DNA of 62,816 nt, the filler included. It is 5 parts of 5 records of this genome, joined end to end, with 100 filler letters (N's around TTAATTAATTAA, not from the genome) between each part and the next. Parts side by side here need not be neighbours in the genome. Positions count along the whole stretch, not along the records: positions 19,348 to 35,644 come from SRR31156797_14120; 4 more parts are not named here. One strand, given 5' to 3'. The notes beneath the pieces were generated by a model. That model worked only from the letters and a program-made list of their open reading frames with translations, made no database searches and was not told the DNA's origin. The position numbers and the translations under genes are program-made. Below are positions 19,678 to 29,600 of the stretch, piece by piece. The number at the start of each line of letters is the position of its first letter. Position 1 is the first letter of the stretch.

Positions 19678-20777
19678 TCGTGGATACCAATATGAAATTA
19701 TGTTTTGTTCTACATTCGGATTTTCCGCCAAAATATGGGCATACTACGCCATACATGTATTCTGAAATTCTTGCAGAAGAAGGTCACAGGATCACACTTT
19801 TAGTCAAGAAGTGTGATCCCTCTCGTGTCTTTCACGGAAACCTTAACGTAATTTCCATGGACTGCGATGATGATTTCCTGTTTGTCGTTCGAGTATGCAT
19901 GTATATGCTAAAATTTAAACCCGATTTTGATCTTATAAGTGTCATTTATGACAAGTATGTAATTCTCCTGTTTCTTTGGTGTAAACTTCTCAGGCGGCGG
20001 ATGAAAATGTGTGTTGATATAAGAAGCGGGCCTATTGGTAAAATACAATGGCCGGGTAAATTTCAAAGAATTATCACCTCCTCTTTTAGTGATTTTATTT
20101 TTCTGCCAAGTAAACATATGATAAAAAAATGCACAGCAGTCTGGCAGAAAAATAAAGTATTTATAATGCCCCTCGGGGCGCCTGATTCTGCGATGAAAAA
20201 ACGCACAGATAATCGGGGAACCGTAACTTTCATATATGTCGGTTCGATACATTCGGCACGAAAACTGGAAGATATGATAGAAGGGTTCCGTTTGGCCTAT
20301 GAGAAAAAATCAAACATACGTCTAATTATATTGGGAGACGGTCCTTACAAAGAAAAGTTGCTAAAACTTACTGTTAAATATGAAATGCAAAATGTCGTTG
20401 AATTTGTTGGTGTGGTCCCATTCGAACATGTGACTGAATATTTGGCAAGAGCAGACGTTGGAATCAGTTACATTCCTATTAAAAGGTACAATGAGATGCC
20501 CCCTCTGAAAATCTTGGAGTATTTGGCTTCTGGTTTGCCTGTAATCGCTACGGCGACCCAGGGAACAAAATCTTTTATCAAGGATCGTACCACCGGGATA
20601 CTTATTAATGATGATGCCGAGTCTTTAAGTCTTGCCATAGTTGAACTTTCATTGAATGCTACTCTTCGAAAAAATATGTCCAATAATGCAGTTGAAATTA
20701 CTGAGAAACATTCGTGGAAGAGAATTGTACATGATATTGCAATACCAGCTTACGTAAAAATAACAGGACAAAAATGA
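19674..20777 (+). CDS. Glycosyltransferase family 4
   Basis: YVGSIHSARK, ILGDGP, PLKILEYLASGLPVIAT. Confidence 0.92.
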   Translation: MIVDTNMKLCFVLHSDFPPKYGHTTPYMYSEILAEEGHRITLLVKKCDPSRVFHGNLNVISMDCDDDFLFVVRVCMYMLKFKPDFDLISVIYDKYVILLFLWCKLLRRRMKMCVDIRSGPIGKIQWPGKFQRIITSSFSDFIFLPSKHMIKKCTAVWQKNKVFIMPLGAPDSAMKKRTDNRGTVTFIYVGSIHSARKLEDMIEGFRLAYEKKSNIRLIILGDGPYKEKLLKLTVKYEMQNVVEFVGVVPFEHVTEYLARADVGISYIPIKRYNEMPPLKILEYLASGLPVIATATQGTKSFIKDRTTGILINDDAESLSLAIVELSLNATLRKNMSNNAVEITEKHSWKRIVHDIAIPAYVKITGQK

Positions 20778-21910
20778 AAGTTTGCCAAATAATAGACGAA
20801 TATTTTCCTCCGGAAAAAGGATACACTGGTCCTTATTTCTATTGCAAGGAATTACAACGACTTGGGCATGAAGTTGTGGTTTTGTGTGGCCGACGTGAAG
20901 GGGAAAAAGAAGTTGAGATCCAAAATAACATTAAAATTTACAGATCCCCATTTGTCTATAAATGGGGAAACCGTATTCATAGTATAGCATTCGCATTTTT
21001 TATTTTAAGACAAATGGTTTTTCATGATAATTTTTCTATAATCCATGTATATTATTTTTCTATGTCTCCAATAATCCACGCATTCCTTTGTTTGACAAAA
21101 AAAGGCAAACATGTTTGTGATATAAGAAGCATTCCTATAAAACGAATTACTTCAGGGGTGTTGCTCAGGAAAATTTCAGCATATACTTCCGATGTTTTAA
21201 TTGTTTTGGATTGTGAGATTTTTAAAAAAATTTTTGGAAGTCAAAATAGATCTGTTTTTTATGAGTTGCCCCTTGGTGTGGATGTCAACAAGTTTAAATT
21301 AAAGTTATCTGATGAGGAATGCTGCCGAATAAGAAATGAACTTGGTTTTTTTAACCAGGAAATAGTGTGCGTCAGTATCGGTTCTATGGATACGACACGA
21401 CGTCAGGATGAGTTGATTACCGGGTTTGCAATGGCCTTGACAAAGAATCCCAATCTGCGACTGGTTTTAATCGGGGGTGGGGACAAGAAGGAAGACCTGG
21501 AAAGGATTGTGAATGAACTTAATCTTCAAGGAAAAATTCTGTTCCTGGGATTTATTAAGCATGAGGAAATACCTCGATATCTGAATGCTTTCGATATTGG
21601 AATTACATATATTCCAATTAAATTGTACAATGTCCAACCTCCGACTAAGACAATAGAATATCTGACAGCTGGTTTGTCAGTGATAGCTACCGAAACCACC
21701 GGCAACAGACGCTTTAACAGTGATAAAATTCCTTTTGAATTAATAAAAGATAATCCAAAGGCTTTAAGCGAGGCCATTGGCAAAATTTCATGCAATCTCA
21801 AAGTGCACGGGAAAAAGAGAGTTCTTTTTGATGATGTTGCGCATCATGATTGGTCCTATATCGCACAAAATAAATTGATACCAGCGTATAAAACAATAAC
21901 AGGTTCATGA
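20774..21910 (+). CDS. Glycosyltransferase family 4
   Basis: PLGVD, PTKTIEYLTAGLSVIAT; paralogous to the preceding GT. Confidence 0.92.
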   Translation: MKVCQIIDEYFPPEKGYTGPYFYCKELQRLGHEVVVLCGRREGEKEVEIQNNIKIYRSPFVYKWGNRIHSIAFAFFILRQMVFHDNFSIIHVYYFSMSPIIHAFLCLTKKGKHVCDIRSIPIKRITSGVLLRKISAYTSDVLIVLDCEIFKKIFGSQNRSVFYELPLGVDVNKFKLKLSDEECCRIRNELGFFNQEIVCVSIGSMDTTRRQDELITGFAMALTKNPNLRLVLIGGGDKKEDLERIVNELNLQGKILFLGFIKHEEIPRYLNAFDIGITYIPIKLYNVQPPTKTIEYLTAGLSVIATETTGNRRFNSDKIPFELIKDNPKALSEAIGKISCNLKVHGKKRVLFDDVAHHDWSYIAQNKLIPAYKTITGS

Positions 21911-21956
21911 AATCTTCTTTCTTATAATCCTTTTTTAAATCGGAGTCTGGATACAT

Positions 21957-22418
21957 ATGAATAATCGGATGAAAGTCTGTATTGTAACTTCTTCTGGAGG
22001 CCATTTAACCCAGCTATTCAACTTGAAAGCCTGGTGGAATAAATATAAACGGTTTTGGGTTACGTTTGATAAAATTGATGCCAATTCTATTTTAAAAGGG
22101 GAAAAGATCATCTATGCGAATTATCCAACCAATCGAAATGTTTGTAATTTATTTCGAAACACCTGGTTAGCCTTTAAAATTATCAAGGAAGAACGTCCGG
22201 ACCTCATAATTTCAACAGGCGCTGGAGTGGCTATTCCTTTTTTTTATTTTGGCAAATTGTTTGGAGCAAAATTGATATTTATCGAGGTCTTTGACAGAAT
22301 TGATTCTCCGACAGTAACTGGAAAACTTGTTTATCCCATTACCGATAAATTCTTAATCCAATGGAATGAACAAAAAAAGTTTTACCCTAAGGGGGAGTAT
22401 TGGGGGAAAGCATTATGA
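21957..22418 (+). CDS. PssD/Cps14F (Alg14-like) glycosyltransferase subunit
   Basis: SSGGHLTQL, ISTGAGVA, FIEVFDRI. Confidence 0.92.
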   Translation: MNNRMKVCIVTSSGGHLTQLFNLKAWWNKYKRFWVTFDKIDANSILKGEKIIYANYPTNRNVCNLFRNTWLAFKIIKEERPDLIISTGAGVAIPFFYFGKLFGAKLIFIEVFDRIDSPTVTGKLVYPITDKFLIQWNEQKKFYPKGEYWGKAL

Positions 22419-22954
22419 TTTTTGTTACTGTAGGAACACACGAACAGCCATTTAATCGTTTGATTGATAAGATGGACAGCTTGGTTGCTGAGGGACATAT
22501 TACCGAAACTGTTTTCATACAAAGGGGATTCCATACCCGTAAACCGAGTCATTGTGAGTCCAGCAAATTAATTGGTTATCACGAAATGGTAGAAAAAATT
22601 GAGAACGCCAGAATTGTAATATGTCATGGAGGTCCGGGGTCAATAATGATGCCATGGTCAATCGGTAAAGTACCTATTGTTGTTCCAAGACAGTTGATAT
22701 ACAATGAACATGTGGACGATCACCAGGTGGATTTCGTTAGTCGGTTGGAGGCGGGAAAACTTGTTTTGACTGTTTTAGATATTGATTTATTATTAGACAA
22801 CATCCTGGAATATGAAAGTTTGTCCCAGTCATGCATTTTAAGTGATTTTAAAAGACCTTCATATGACTTATTGGCCAACAAAATCGACAGATATTGTCAA
22901 GCGGAGATTATAGGTTCCCCTTCCCCTCCAAACCGCTGCAGAACCGGATGTTGA
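22415..22954 (+). CDS. PssE/Cps14G (Alg13-like) glycosyltransferase subunit
   Basis: MIFVTVGTHEQPFNRL, HGGPGS, EHVDDHQ. Confidence 0.92.
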   Translation: MIFVTVGTHEQPFNRLIDKMDSLVAEGHITETVFIQRGFHTRKPSHCESSKLIGYHEMVEKIENARIVICHGGPGSIMMPWSIGKVPIVVPRQLIYNEHVDDHQVDFVSRLEAGKLVLTVLDIDLLLDNILEYESLSQSCILSDFKRPSYDLLANKIDRYCQAEIIGSPSPPNRCRTGC

Positions 22955-22957
22955 AAA

Positions 22958-24058
22958 ATGCAAAAAAAAATATCTGTATTTGGGATAAGAGGATTTCCGG
23001 GAATTCAGGGAGGGGCTGAAAAACATTGCGAAACGTTGTATCCTCTAATCGCTGAACATGGTTACAATATAAAAGTGATTCGTAGAAAAATATATATCAA
23101 TGACACAACTGAAACCAAATTCGACAACAACGTAGAATTCTTAGATCTGTGGACTGTTAAAAATAGATATTTTGAAGTAATACTTCATTCTTTAGTCGCA
23201 ACGATTCGATCAATTCTTGAAAGACCAGATATTGTCCATATTCACAATATCGGATCTTCTTTGTTTTTACCGCTGCTGAAAATCTTTAACATTCCGGTGG
23301 TTGTAACTTATCACAGCGTAAATTATCTTCATAAAAAATGGGGTTTTATCGCTTCAGTTGTTCTTAGATTGGGTGAACTTTTTGCGTTTGTTTTTGCCAA
23401 TGAAATTATTTATGTTTCTAAAAGCTATTCAGCTTTTTTGCCTCGAATGAAAAGTCACTATATTCCGAATGGTGCAAATTTTATCAAAGCAACATTAAAA
23501 ACATGTTTTTTAAATACGCACGAAATAAAACCATTTAAGTATATCCTCTACGCTGGCAGACTTGTACCGGAAAAGGGTGTCCTGGATTTAATCAAAGCAT
23601 ATAAAGAATTAAATACTGATTTCAAACTTGTCATTGCTGGGACGGGTGACCGTTACTCAAGTTACGGCAAAGAACTTCGTAAGTTTGCTTGTAGCAGCAT
23701 AGTGTTCACTGGCTATGTTACCGAAGAACCTCTAAATCAGCTTTTTTCTCACGCAAGGCTCTTTGTGCTTCCATCTTATCACGAAGGTTTGCCCATAGCG
23801 CTGCTTGAAGCCCTAAGTTACGGACTTCAAGTTGTTGTGTCTGATATTCCAGCAAATCTTGAAGTTAATCTTTCAAAAGATAAATATTTTAGGTGCGGTG
23901 ATATTGAAGACCTTAAATTAAAGATAAAAAAAAGTCTTGATAAAAATATATCTGAATTAGAGAAAAAAGATACTCAATTAAAAATCATGGATAGATACAA
24001 TTGGAATAAAATTGTTGAGAAGACAATCGAGATTTATGATAGATCACTTGCTAAGTAA
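22958..24058 (+). CDS. Glycosyltransferase family 4
   Basis: GIRGFPGIQGGAE, GRLVPEKG, PSYHEGLPIALLEALSYG. Confidence 0.93.
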   Translation: MQKKISVFGIRGFPGIQGGAEKHCETLYPLIAEHGYNIKVIRRKIYINDTTETKFDNNVEFLDLWTVKNRYFEVILHSLVATIRSILERPDIVHIHNIGSSLFLPLLKIFNIPVVVTYHSVNYLHKKWGFIASVVLRLGELFAFVFANEIIYVSKSYSAFLPRMKSHYIPNGANFIKATLKTCFLNTHEIKPFKYILYAGRLVPEKGVLDLIKAYKELNTDFKLVIAGTGDRYSSYGKELRKFACSSIVFTGYVTEEPLNQLFSHARLFVLPSYHEGLPIALLEALSYGLQVVVSDIPANLEVNLSKDKYFRCGDIEDLKLKIKKSLDKNISELEKKDTQLKIMDRYNWNKIVEKTIEIYDRSLAK

Positions 24059-25214
24059 TGAAATGAAGCTCCTTTTATTGTGTGCTGGAGATGGCGTTCG
24101 GACCGCTCCAAAAACGAAGTTTAAGGGAGTCGCTCAAAATCAAATCGATTGGGATTTGGTTGTTGAAATTTCTCTGAGACATGGATTGACCAATTTTCTG
24201 TATAAAAATTTAAAAAATAAATATTCGGATCTTGTTCCGGCAGATACCCTTTCTAAACTTCAGGCTAATTATTCTCAAAATAGTAAAAATAATTTATTTT
24301 ATTGCGCCAATCTTATCCAAATAATCAACCTGTTAAAAAAAAAAAATATTGCTGCAGTGCCTTTTAAGGGGCCTGTTCAGGCCCAATATCTTTATAATGA
24401 CATTGGGCTGAGGTCATTTTCGGATCTCGATATCCTTGTAAAAAAAGAGGATGCACTTAAGGCTGCAGAATTGTTAGTCAATAATAGGATGACGATGAAT
24501 GTCAAGATTCCTGAAAGCCAGTTGGCTCAGTATCTTGAAAAGGAGAATTTTTTCCCTTTAACAAATAAATCGGGTTCAATCGTCATTGATCTTCATTGGG
24601 AAATCACCGGCCGGTATTCATTATGTCCGTTATATCTTGATGAGTTCTCAGAAAATCTTGAAAATGTGAAATTGCTTAACCAGGACATTCTATCTCTTTC
24701 ATGTGAAGACATGTTGATTCAATTATGTGTTCATGGGACAAGTCATTGCTGGAATAAATTGGAGATGGTTTATTCCGTAGCAGAGATCGTAAAAGCCAAC
24801 AGGATCGACAATTGGAACGGCGTAATAAGCAGGGCAACAAGATTTAAATGCAAACGGATGCTCTATCTTGGCCTTCTACTTGCTGAAAAGCTATTTGAGA
24901 TTGTTTTGCCCAATGAAGTTAAAATCAGTATGGATAAAGACGACAGGATAATAAAACTTTCAAAGCGTATCGTGAATAATATTTTAAAAGAAGAGAAACC
25001 GTATATTGAAAGTTTGAGTTGGAGATTCTCGCCAACGCATTTTATTGTGCGGGATAGCTTCTTTGACATGGTTTTCTATCTTTTCAGGCTTTTATTTCGA
25101 CCAACTGTTCGGGAATGGATCAACTACCCCCTACCGGATTATCTTTTGTTTCTTTATTACGGTTTGCGCCCATGCAGATTATTAAAAGACTGTCTCAGGA
25201 GAAAAAATGCATAG
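24036..25214 (+). CDS. Nucleotidyltransferase family protein (NTP_transf_5-like)
   Basis: FKGP...RSFSDLDILV and IDLHW motifs typical of this family; ATG at 24036. Confidence 0.85.
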   Translation: MIDHLLSNEMKLLLLCAGDGVRTAPKTKFKGVAQNQIDWDLVVEISLRHGLTNFLYKNLKNKYSDLVPADTLSKLQANYSQNSKNNLFYCANLIQIINLLKKKNIAAVPFKGPVQAQYLYNDIGLRSFSDLDILVKKEDALKAAELLVNNRMTMNVKIPESQLAQYLEKENFFPLTNKSGSIVIDLHWEITGRYSLCPLYLDEFSENLENVKLLNQDILSLSCEDMLIQLCVHGTSHCWNKLEMVYSVAEIVKANRIDNWNGVISRATRFKCKRMLYLGLLLAEKLFEIVLPNEVKISMDKDDRIIKLSKRIVNNILKEEKPYIESLSWRFSPTHFIVRDSFFDMVFYLFRLLFRPTVREWINYPLPDYLLFLYYGLRPCRLLKDCLRRKNA

Positions 25215-26646
25215 GGACTATGGAAAAATAACCACCGATGTACAGAAAATCCTGGATATCGCAGTAACCGCATCTTCTTTTATAGCAGCCTATCATATCA
25301 AACGGAATTTGCCGGGCGAGTGGGGTAATCTTTCCATCGAACCAAATTATTACGTTGTCCTTCTGATGATAATCATTACCTGGTATATCTCGTTTCAATG
25401 GGCGGGATTATATATATCCTATCGGATATCTAACTTCTGGGATTTTTTACCAATAATTATCAAATCGCTACTATTGGGGGCGGTGCTTTTATCTCTTGGC
25501 CTATATGTCTTACATCTTCAGGATGTAAGCCGGCTTTTAATTGGTATTTTTCTGGCGCTCAATATTTTTCTGCTGACACTTTTCAAATTTCTGATTTTTA
25601 TTTTTCTGAAAAGATTGAGAGCAAGAGGGGTAAATACCAGAAACGTTCTTATCGTTGGAAGCAAGGCGCGTGCCATCGATTTGATCAGGTCTGTTGAAAA
25701 GCATAAGAACGCAGAGTATAGAATCCTGGGATGTTTTGATTTGGATGCTGATATGGTTGGTGATACCGTTATAAACGGTTACCGGGTGGTCGGCTCCATG
25801 GGGAAGCTGGAGCAATACCTGAGGGAAAATGTTGTGGATGAACTTGTTTTTGCAATCCCTTTGAAATTGATCGTGTATGCGGACAGGTACCTCTCCATGG
25901 CGGAAAGCATGGGCGTAAAAGTGAGAATCGTTCCCGACTGGCAGATACACTATCTCATGTATCAACCGGGTATTGCCCATATCCATTTTGAAGATTTTCT
26001 TGGGGTATCCACCATGGCCCTTCAGACAACCCCGCAAAATGAGGGGAAACTGTTTGTCAAAGCCCTCATCGACTATGGGATCGGACTGTGCTTATTGGTG
26101 GTTTCTCTTCCGTTGTTGATTCTCATTTCGGCTGCAATCAAACTGTTCTCCCAAGGGCCGGTTTTATACAAACAGGAGCGGCTGGGACTCAATGGCCGCC
26201 AGTTTATGGTCTATAAATTTCGGACCATGGTGAATAACGCCGATGAGCTGCAAAAAGAACTCATGGAGAAGAATGAAGCGGATGGCCCTGTTTTTAAAAT
26301 CAAGAACGATCCCAGAATCATTCCCTGGGTGGGGGCTTTTTTGCGGAGAACCAGTCTTGACGAACTGCCCCAGCTTATCAACGTGTTACGGGGGGAGATG
26401 AGTCTTGTGGGACCGAGACCCCCCATTCCTTCCGAAGTGGTGGAATATTCCATCTGGCAGAGAAGGCGGCTATCCATGAAGCCGGGCCTTACCTGCCTCT
26501 GGCAAATCGCTCCCAGGAGAAATGATCTGAGTTTTGAGGATTGGATGAAGATGGATCTTCAATATATTGACACCTGGTCCCTTTTTAATGATTTTAAGCT
26601 TCTACTGCTTACGGCAAAAGCGGTATTCACGGGTTCCGGCAGATAG
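25207..26646 (+). CDS. Polyprenyl-phosphate priming sugar transferase (WcaJ/EpsE-like)
   Basis: N-terminal TMs; YKFRTM, DPRI, SLDELPQLINVLRGEMSLVGPRP, KPGLT. Confidence 0.95.
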   Translation: MHRDYGKITTDVQKILDIAVTASSFIAAYHIKRNLPGEWGNLSIEPNYYVVLLMIIITWYISFQWAGLYISYRISNFWDFLPIIIKSLLLGAVLLSLGLYVLHLQDVSRLLIGIFLALNIFLLTLFKFLIFIFLKRLRARGVNTRNVLIVGSKARAIDLIRSVEKHKNAEYRILGCFDLDADMVGDTVINGYRVVGSMGKLEQYLRENVVDELVFAIPLKLIVYADRYLSMAESMGVKVRIVPDWQIHYLMYQPGIAHIHFEDFLGVSTMALQTTPQNEGKLFVKALIDYGIGLCLLVVSLPLLILISAAIKLFSQGPVLYKQERLGLNGRQFMVYKFRTMVNNADELQKELMEKNEADGPVFKIKNDPRIIPWVGAFLRRTSLDELPQLINVLRGEMSLVGPRPPIPSEVVEYSIWQRRRLSMKPGLTCLWQIAPRRNDLSFEDWMKMDLQYIDTWSLFNDFKLLLLTAKAVFTGSGR

Positions 26647-26685
26647 GGCCGGGCATTTGAATTATTTGATTCTGAGGATGGTTGA

Positions 26686-27573
26686 TTGAACAGGTATACA
26701 AAATATTTTGAAATTGCGGATTTCACAATCGAGGTTAATTCCGACCTTATGATTGATGAAAATACATTTCACCCCAAGTTCAGGCAGTTTGAGGTTGACG
26801 AACCCGGCAAAGAGACCATCGTCATCAATCATTATTTTAAAAAAAAGATGTACATAACTATCAATGGGAGTGACAGGATTTATCGAAAACCGCCCTGGGC
26901 TGTGTATAAACGAGGTGAAACCTATATCTATGAATGGATAAAGCCGGACCCGCCTTATGCGAATTATTACAGAAAAGCGGTTACGGACAGAGAGCATACC
27001 TGCATTGAAATCTATAATGACTCTGAGATGGCCGAGACTTTTTTAAAAGGTCGGTCAAAAACCCTTACCTTATTCCCCAACGATCAGATTTTACTTGGGA
27101 GACTGCTTGGATACAGGGAGGGGTGTATTGTCCATTCCCTGGGGATTATACATAAAGGTGACGGATATCTATTCATAGGGCATTCCGGAGCGGGAAAATC
27201 AACAACTGCCAGAATGGTTCAAAACGACGCCACAATTTTGTGTGATGACCGAAATATAATCAGAAAAATCGATAACCGGTATATGTTATATGGAACATGG
27301 AATCACAGTGATTTCCCGGAAATATCCCCTTTGTCAGCCCCCCTTAAAGGTATCTTTTTCTTAAGGCAGTCCAAAAGCAATCAAATTGACCGTATTAAGG
27401 GCAGCAAAGAAAAAATTTTACAATTTTTGCCTTTTTTGGTTAAACCATTAACAACAAACGACTGGTGGGAAAATTCAATGGATTTTTTACAGGAATTCTT
27501 GCCGGGTACCGACTGCTGGACAATGAAATTTGACAAAAGTGGAAAAATCAAAGATTTGATTTTTAATTTGTAA
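26686..27573 (+). CDS. HPr-kinase-like P-loop protein (RiPP-cassette associated)
   Basis: VHS...FIGHSGAGKST Walker A followed by ILCDD, the His / P-loop / DD layout of HprK-like kinases. Confidence 0.75.
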   Translation: MNRYTKYFEIADFTIEVNSDLMIDENTFHPKFRQFEVDEPGKETIVINHYFKKKMYITINGSDRIYRKPPWAVYKRGETYIYEWIKPDPPYANYYRKAVTDREHTCIEIYNDSEMAETFLKGRSKTLTLFPNDQILLGRLLGYREGCIVHSLGIIHKGDGYLFIGHSGAGKSTTARMVQNDATILCDDRNIIRKIDNRYMLYGTWNHSDFPEISPLSAPLKGIFFLRQSKSNQIDRIKGSKEKILQFLPFLVKPLTTNDWWENSMDFLQEFLPGTDCWTMKFDKSGKIKDLIFNL

Positions 27574-27585
27574 CGGGAAGGGGCT

Positions 27586-27906
27586 GTGAATAGAATGGAA
27601 TTTCATAGGAACATCGATCTGCAGGATAAATATTTTTATTCCGATAAAATAGTGGCACGCAAAATTGAGGATGAACTCATTATCATTCCTGTTGGAGGCA
27701 ATGTGGTAGATTTTGAGAATGTTCTGTACACGTTAAACGATATTGGCCGGGATATATGGGAAAGATTATCCGGGGATACCACCGTTGAGGCGCTTTGCTT
27801 GGCTCTTGTCGAAGAGTATGATGCCCCGTTTGATCTGATCCAAAAGGATGTTTTGGAGCTTTTAAACGAGCTTCTGGAAAGAAATCTCATTGAAAAAAGA
27901 ATATGA
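27586..27906 (+). CDS. PqqD-family RiPP recognition element
   Basis: VARKIEDELIIIP..LYTLNDIGRDIWE..LVEEYDA..DVLELLNELLERNLI. Confidence 0.9.
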   Translation: MNRMEFHRNIDLQDKYFYSDKIVARKIEDELIIIPVGGNVVDFENVLYTLNDIGRDIWERLSGDTTVEALCLALVEEYDAPFDLIQKDVLELLNELLERNLIEKRI

Positions 27907-27912
27907 CTTTTC

Positions 27913-28401
27913 ATGGGCAACATCGTTCTGAAAAATTCTGAATTTTACCAATTCCTGCACAGCGTCTTTACCAGGCACAATATATCCAAGGCAAGGTTTG
28001 AAGCAAAGGGGAACAGCATGAGTCCCTTTATCAGAAACAGGGATACAATCACGTTGCTCTCAGCTGGAAAAAAAAACTCTCTTAAAGTCGGTGACATTGT
28101 TGCCGTAGGCGATCGTGAAGAAAAGCAGCTCCTGTTTATCCACAGGGTGATTAGAACTGACCCGGGGAGGTGTCAAACCAAGGGAGATAACAACCTAAAG
28201 GATGATGGCTGGGTGTCCGTTGAAGATGTTCTCGGCGTTGTTATCAAGATAAAAAGAGTCTCCGGGAAAACCAGGCTATATAAGCGATGGCATCATTTCA
28301 TCATTGCAATCCTGTCCCGGTATGGCCTGTTAAATTATTTTATTGTACCGGCCTTGTCTTTTTGGGGAAAACGATTAAAACCAAGTAGAATAAGAGCGTA
28401 A
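27913..28401 (+). CDS. S24/S26 family peptidase
   Basis: GNSMSPFI catalytic Ser, GDIV, IHRV, TKGDNN; no N-terminal TM. Confidence 0.85.
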   Translation: MGNIVLKNSEFYQFLHSVFTRHNISKARFEAKGNSMSPFIRNRDTITLLSAGKKNSLKVGDIVAVGDREEKQLLFIHRVIRTDPGRCQTKGDNNLKDDGWVSVEDVLGVVIKIKRVSGKTRLYKRWHHFIIAILSRYGLLNYFIVPALSFWGKRLKPSRIRA

Positions 28402-28406
28402 CGTAA

Positions 28407-29507
28407 ATGGCGATTACAATTCCGATCAACGAATCATCGTTCCTGCAAAAAGCCATCAAAAAAAGAACGCCGTTAAGTCTGACGTTTGAATTGACAGAAA
28501 GATGCAACAACAATTGTACTCACTGTTATATCAATTGTCCGGTTAATGATAATCAAGCGATCAAGGATGAGCTTTCGGCCGATGAGATAAAAGAGATCGT
28601 TGACCAGGCGGTTTCCATGGGAACCTTATGGGTTCTTTTGACGGGTGGCGAGCCTTTGCTGAGGGATGATTTCTTTGATGTCTATACCTATATGATAAAA
28701 AAAGGGTTGCTGGTATCGGTTTTTACAAATGCAACCTTGATTACACAGCAGCATATCGATCTCTTTAAAAAATATCCTCCGAAGAGTATCGAGGTTACAG
28801 TGTATGGCATTTCTGAAAAAACATATGCGAAGGTGACAAGAACCAACAATTTTCCTCTGTTTATGAACGGGCTAAACAAGCTGCTGGCGGAATCAATGCC
28901 CGTGACTTTGAAGTCAACAATACTGAGATCCAATCATCTGGAACTTGAAGACATAGCCCGATTTTGCAGAAGCAGAACTAAAAAGGATTTTCGATTTGAC
29001 CCCTTGTTAACCCATCGTCTTGATGGGGATGAAGCGATAAACCGTCGGATCGATGCGGAAAGACTGACTTCTGAAGAAATTATCAAGCTGGAAAAAAATG
29101 ACTTGATTCGTTTGGCAACGTTGGAAAAAACATGTTCACAAATTGAAAAAAAGGGAACAAGGACAAAAGACGCAGGTTTGTTGTTACAATGCAATGCGGG
29201 GATAAACGGTTGCTGTATCAGTAGTAAAGGAATATTCAAACTATGTACGTCGCTGGTCGATAAAAATACTGTTTATGATTTAAAGAATGGTTCTTTTTCA
29301 GATGCATGGGTTAACTTCGTACCCTGGGTTAGAAGCATGAAAACATCAGACGAAACGTATAACCGGAAATGCGGAAAATGCGAATTGTTACACTTTTGCA
29401 TGTGGTGTCCGGCCCACGCCTATCTGGAAACAGGAAGCCTTGAAGGATTTGTTCCGTATTTCTGCAATGTAGCCAGGAAAAGATATGCTGAGTTCTTAAA
29501 GAATTGA
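28407..29507 (+). CDS. Radical SAM/SPASM domain protein
   Basis: CNNNCTHC, LTGGEPLL, FTNA; C-terminal CNAG...GIFKLC...CGKCELLHFCMWC...FC auxiliary cluster cysteines. Confidence 0.95.
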   Translation: MAITIPINESSFLQKAIKKRTPLSLTFELTERCNNNCTHCYINCPVNDNQAIKDELSADEIKEIVDQAVSMGTLWVLLTGGEPLLRDDFFDVYTYMIKKGLLVSVFTNATLITQQHIDLFKKYPPKSIEVTVYGISEKTYAKVTRTNNFPLFMNGLNKLLAESMPVTLKSTILRSNHLELEDIARFCRSRTKKDFRFDPLLTHRLDGDEAINRRIDAERLTSEEIIKLEKNDLIRLATLEKTCSQIEKKGTRTKDAGLLLQCNAGINGCCISSKGIFKLCTSLVDKNTVYDLKNGSFSDAWVNFVPWVRSMKTSDETYNRKCGKCELLHFCMWCPAHAYLETGSLEGFVPYFCNVARKRYAEFLKN

Positions 29508-29521
29508 TCCATAGACGTATG

Positions 29522-29537
29522 CGGCACAGTATTTGCT
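29522..29537 (+). promoter_or_regulatory. Sigma-54 (-24/-12) promoter upstream of candidate precursor and PEP-CTERM gene
   Basis: CGGCAC-AGTAT-TTGCT with exact GG-N10-GC spacing. Confidence 0.75.
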
Positions 29538-29600
29538 TGTCAAGAAGTTGCGATTGACTGTTAATCCTTATATGATATAGATAGAGTCAGGAGAATAAAG

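Noticed and set aside
27586-29507. PQQ biosynthesis (pqqD/pqqE)
   Set aside because: No pqqB/pqqC, and the peptide lacks the PqqA ExxxY motif (it has no Tyr)
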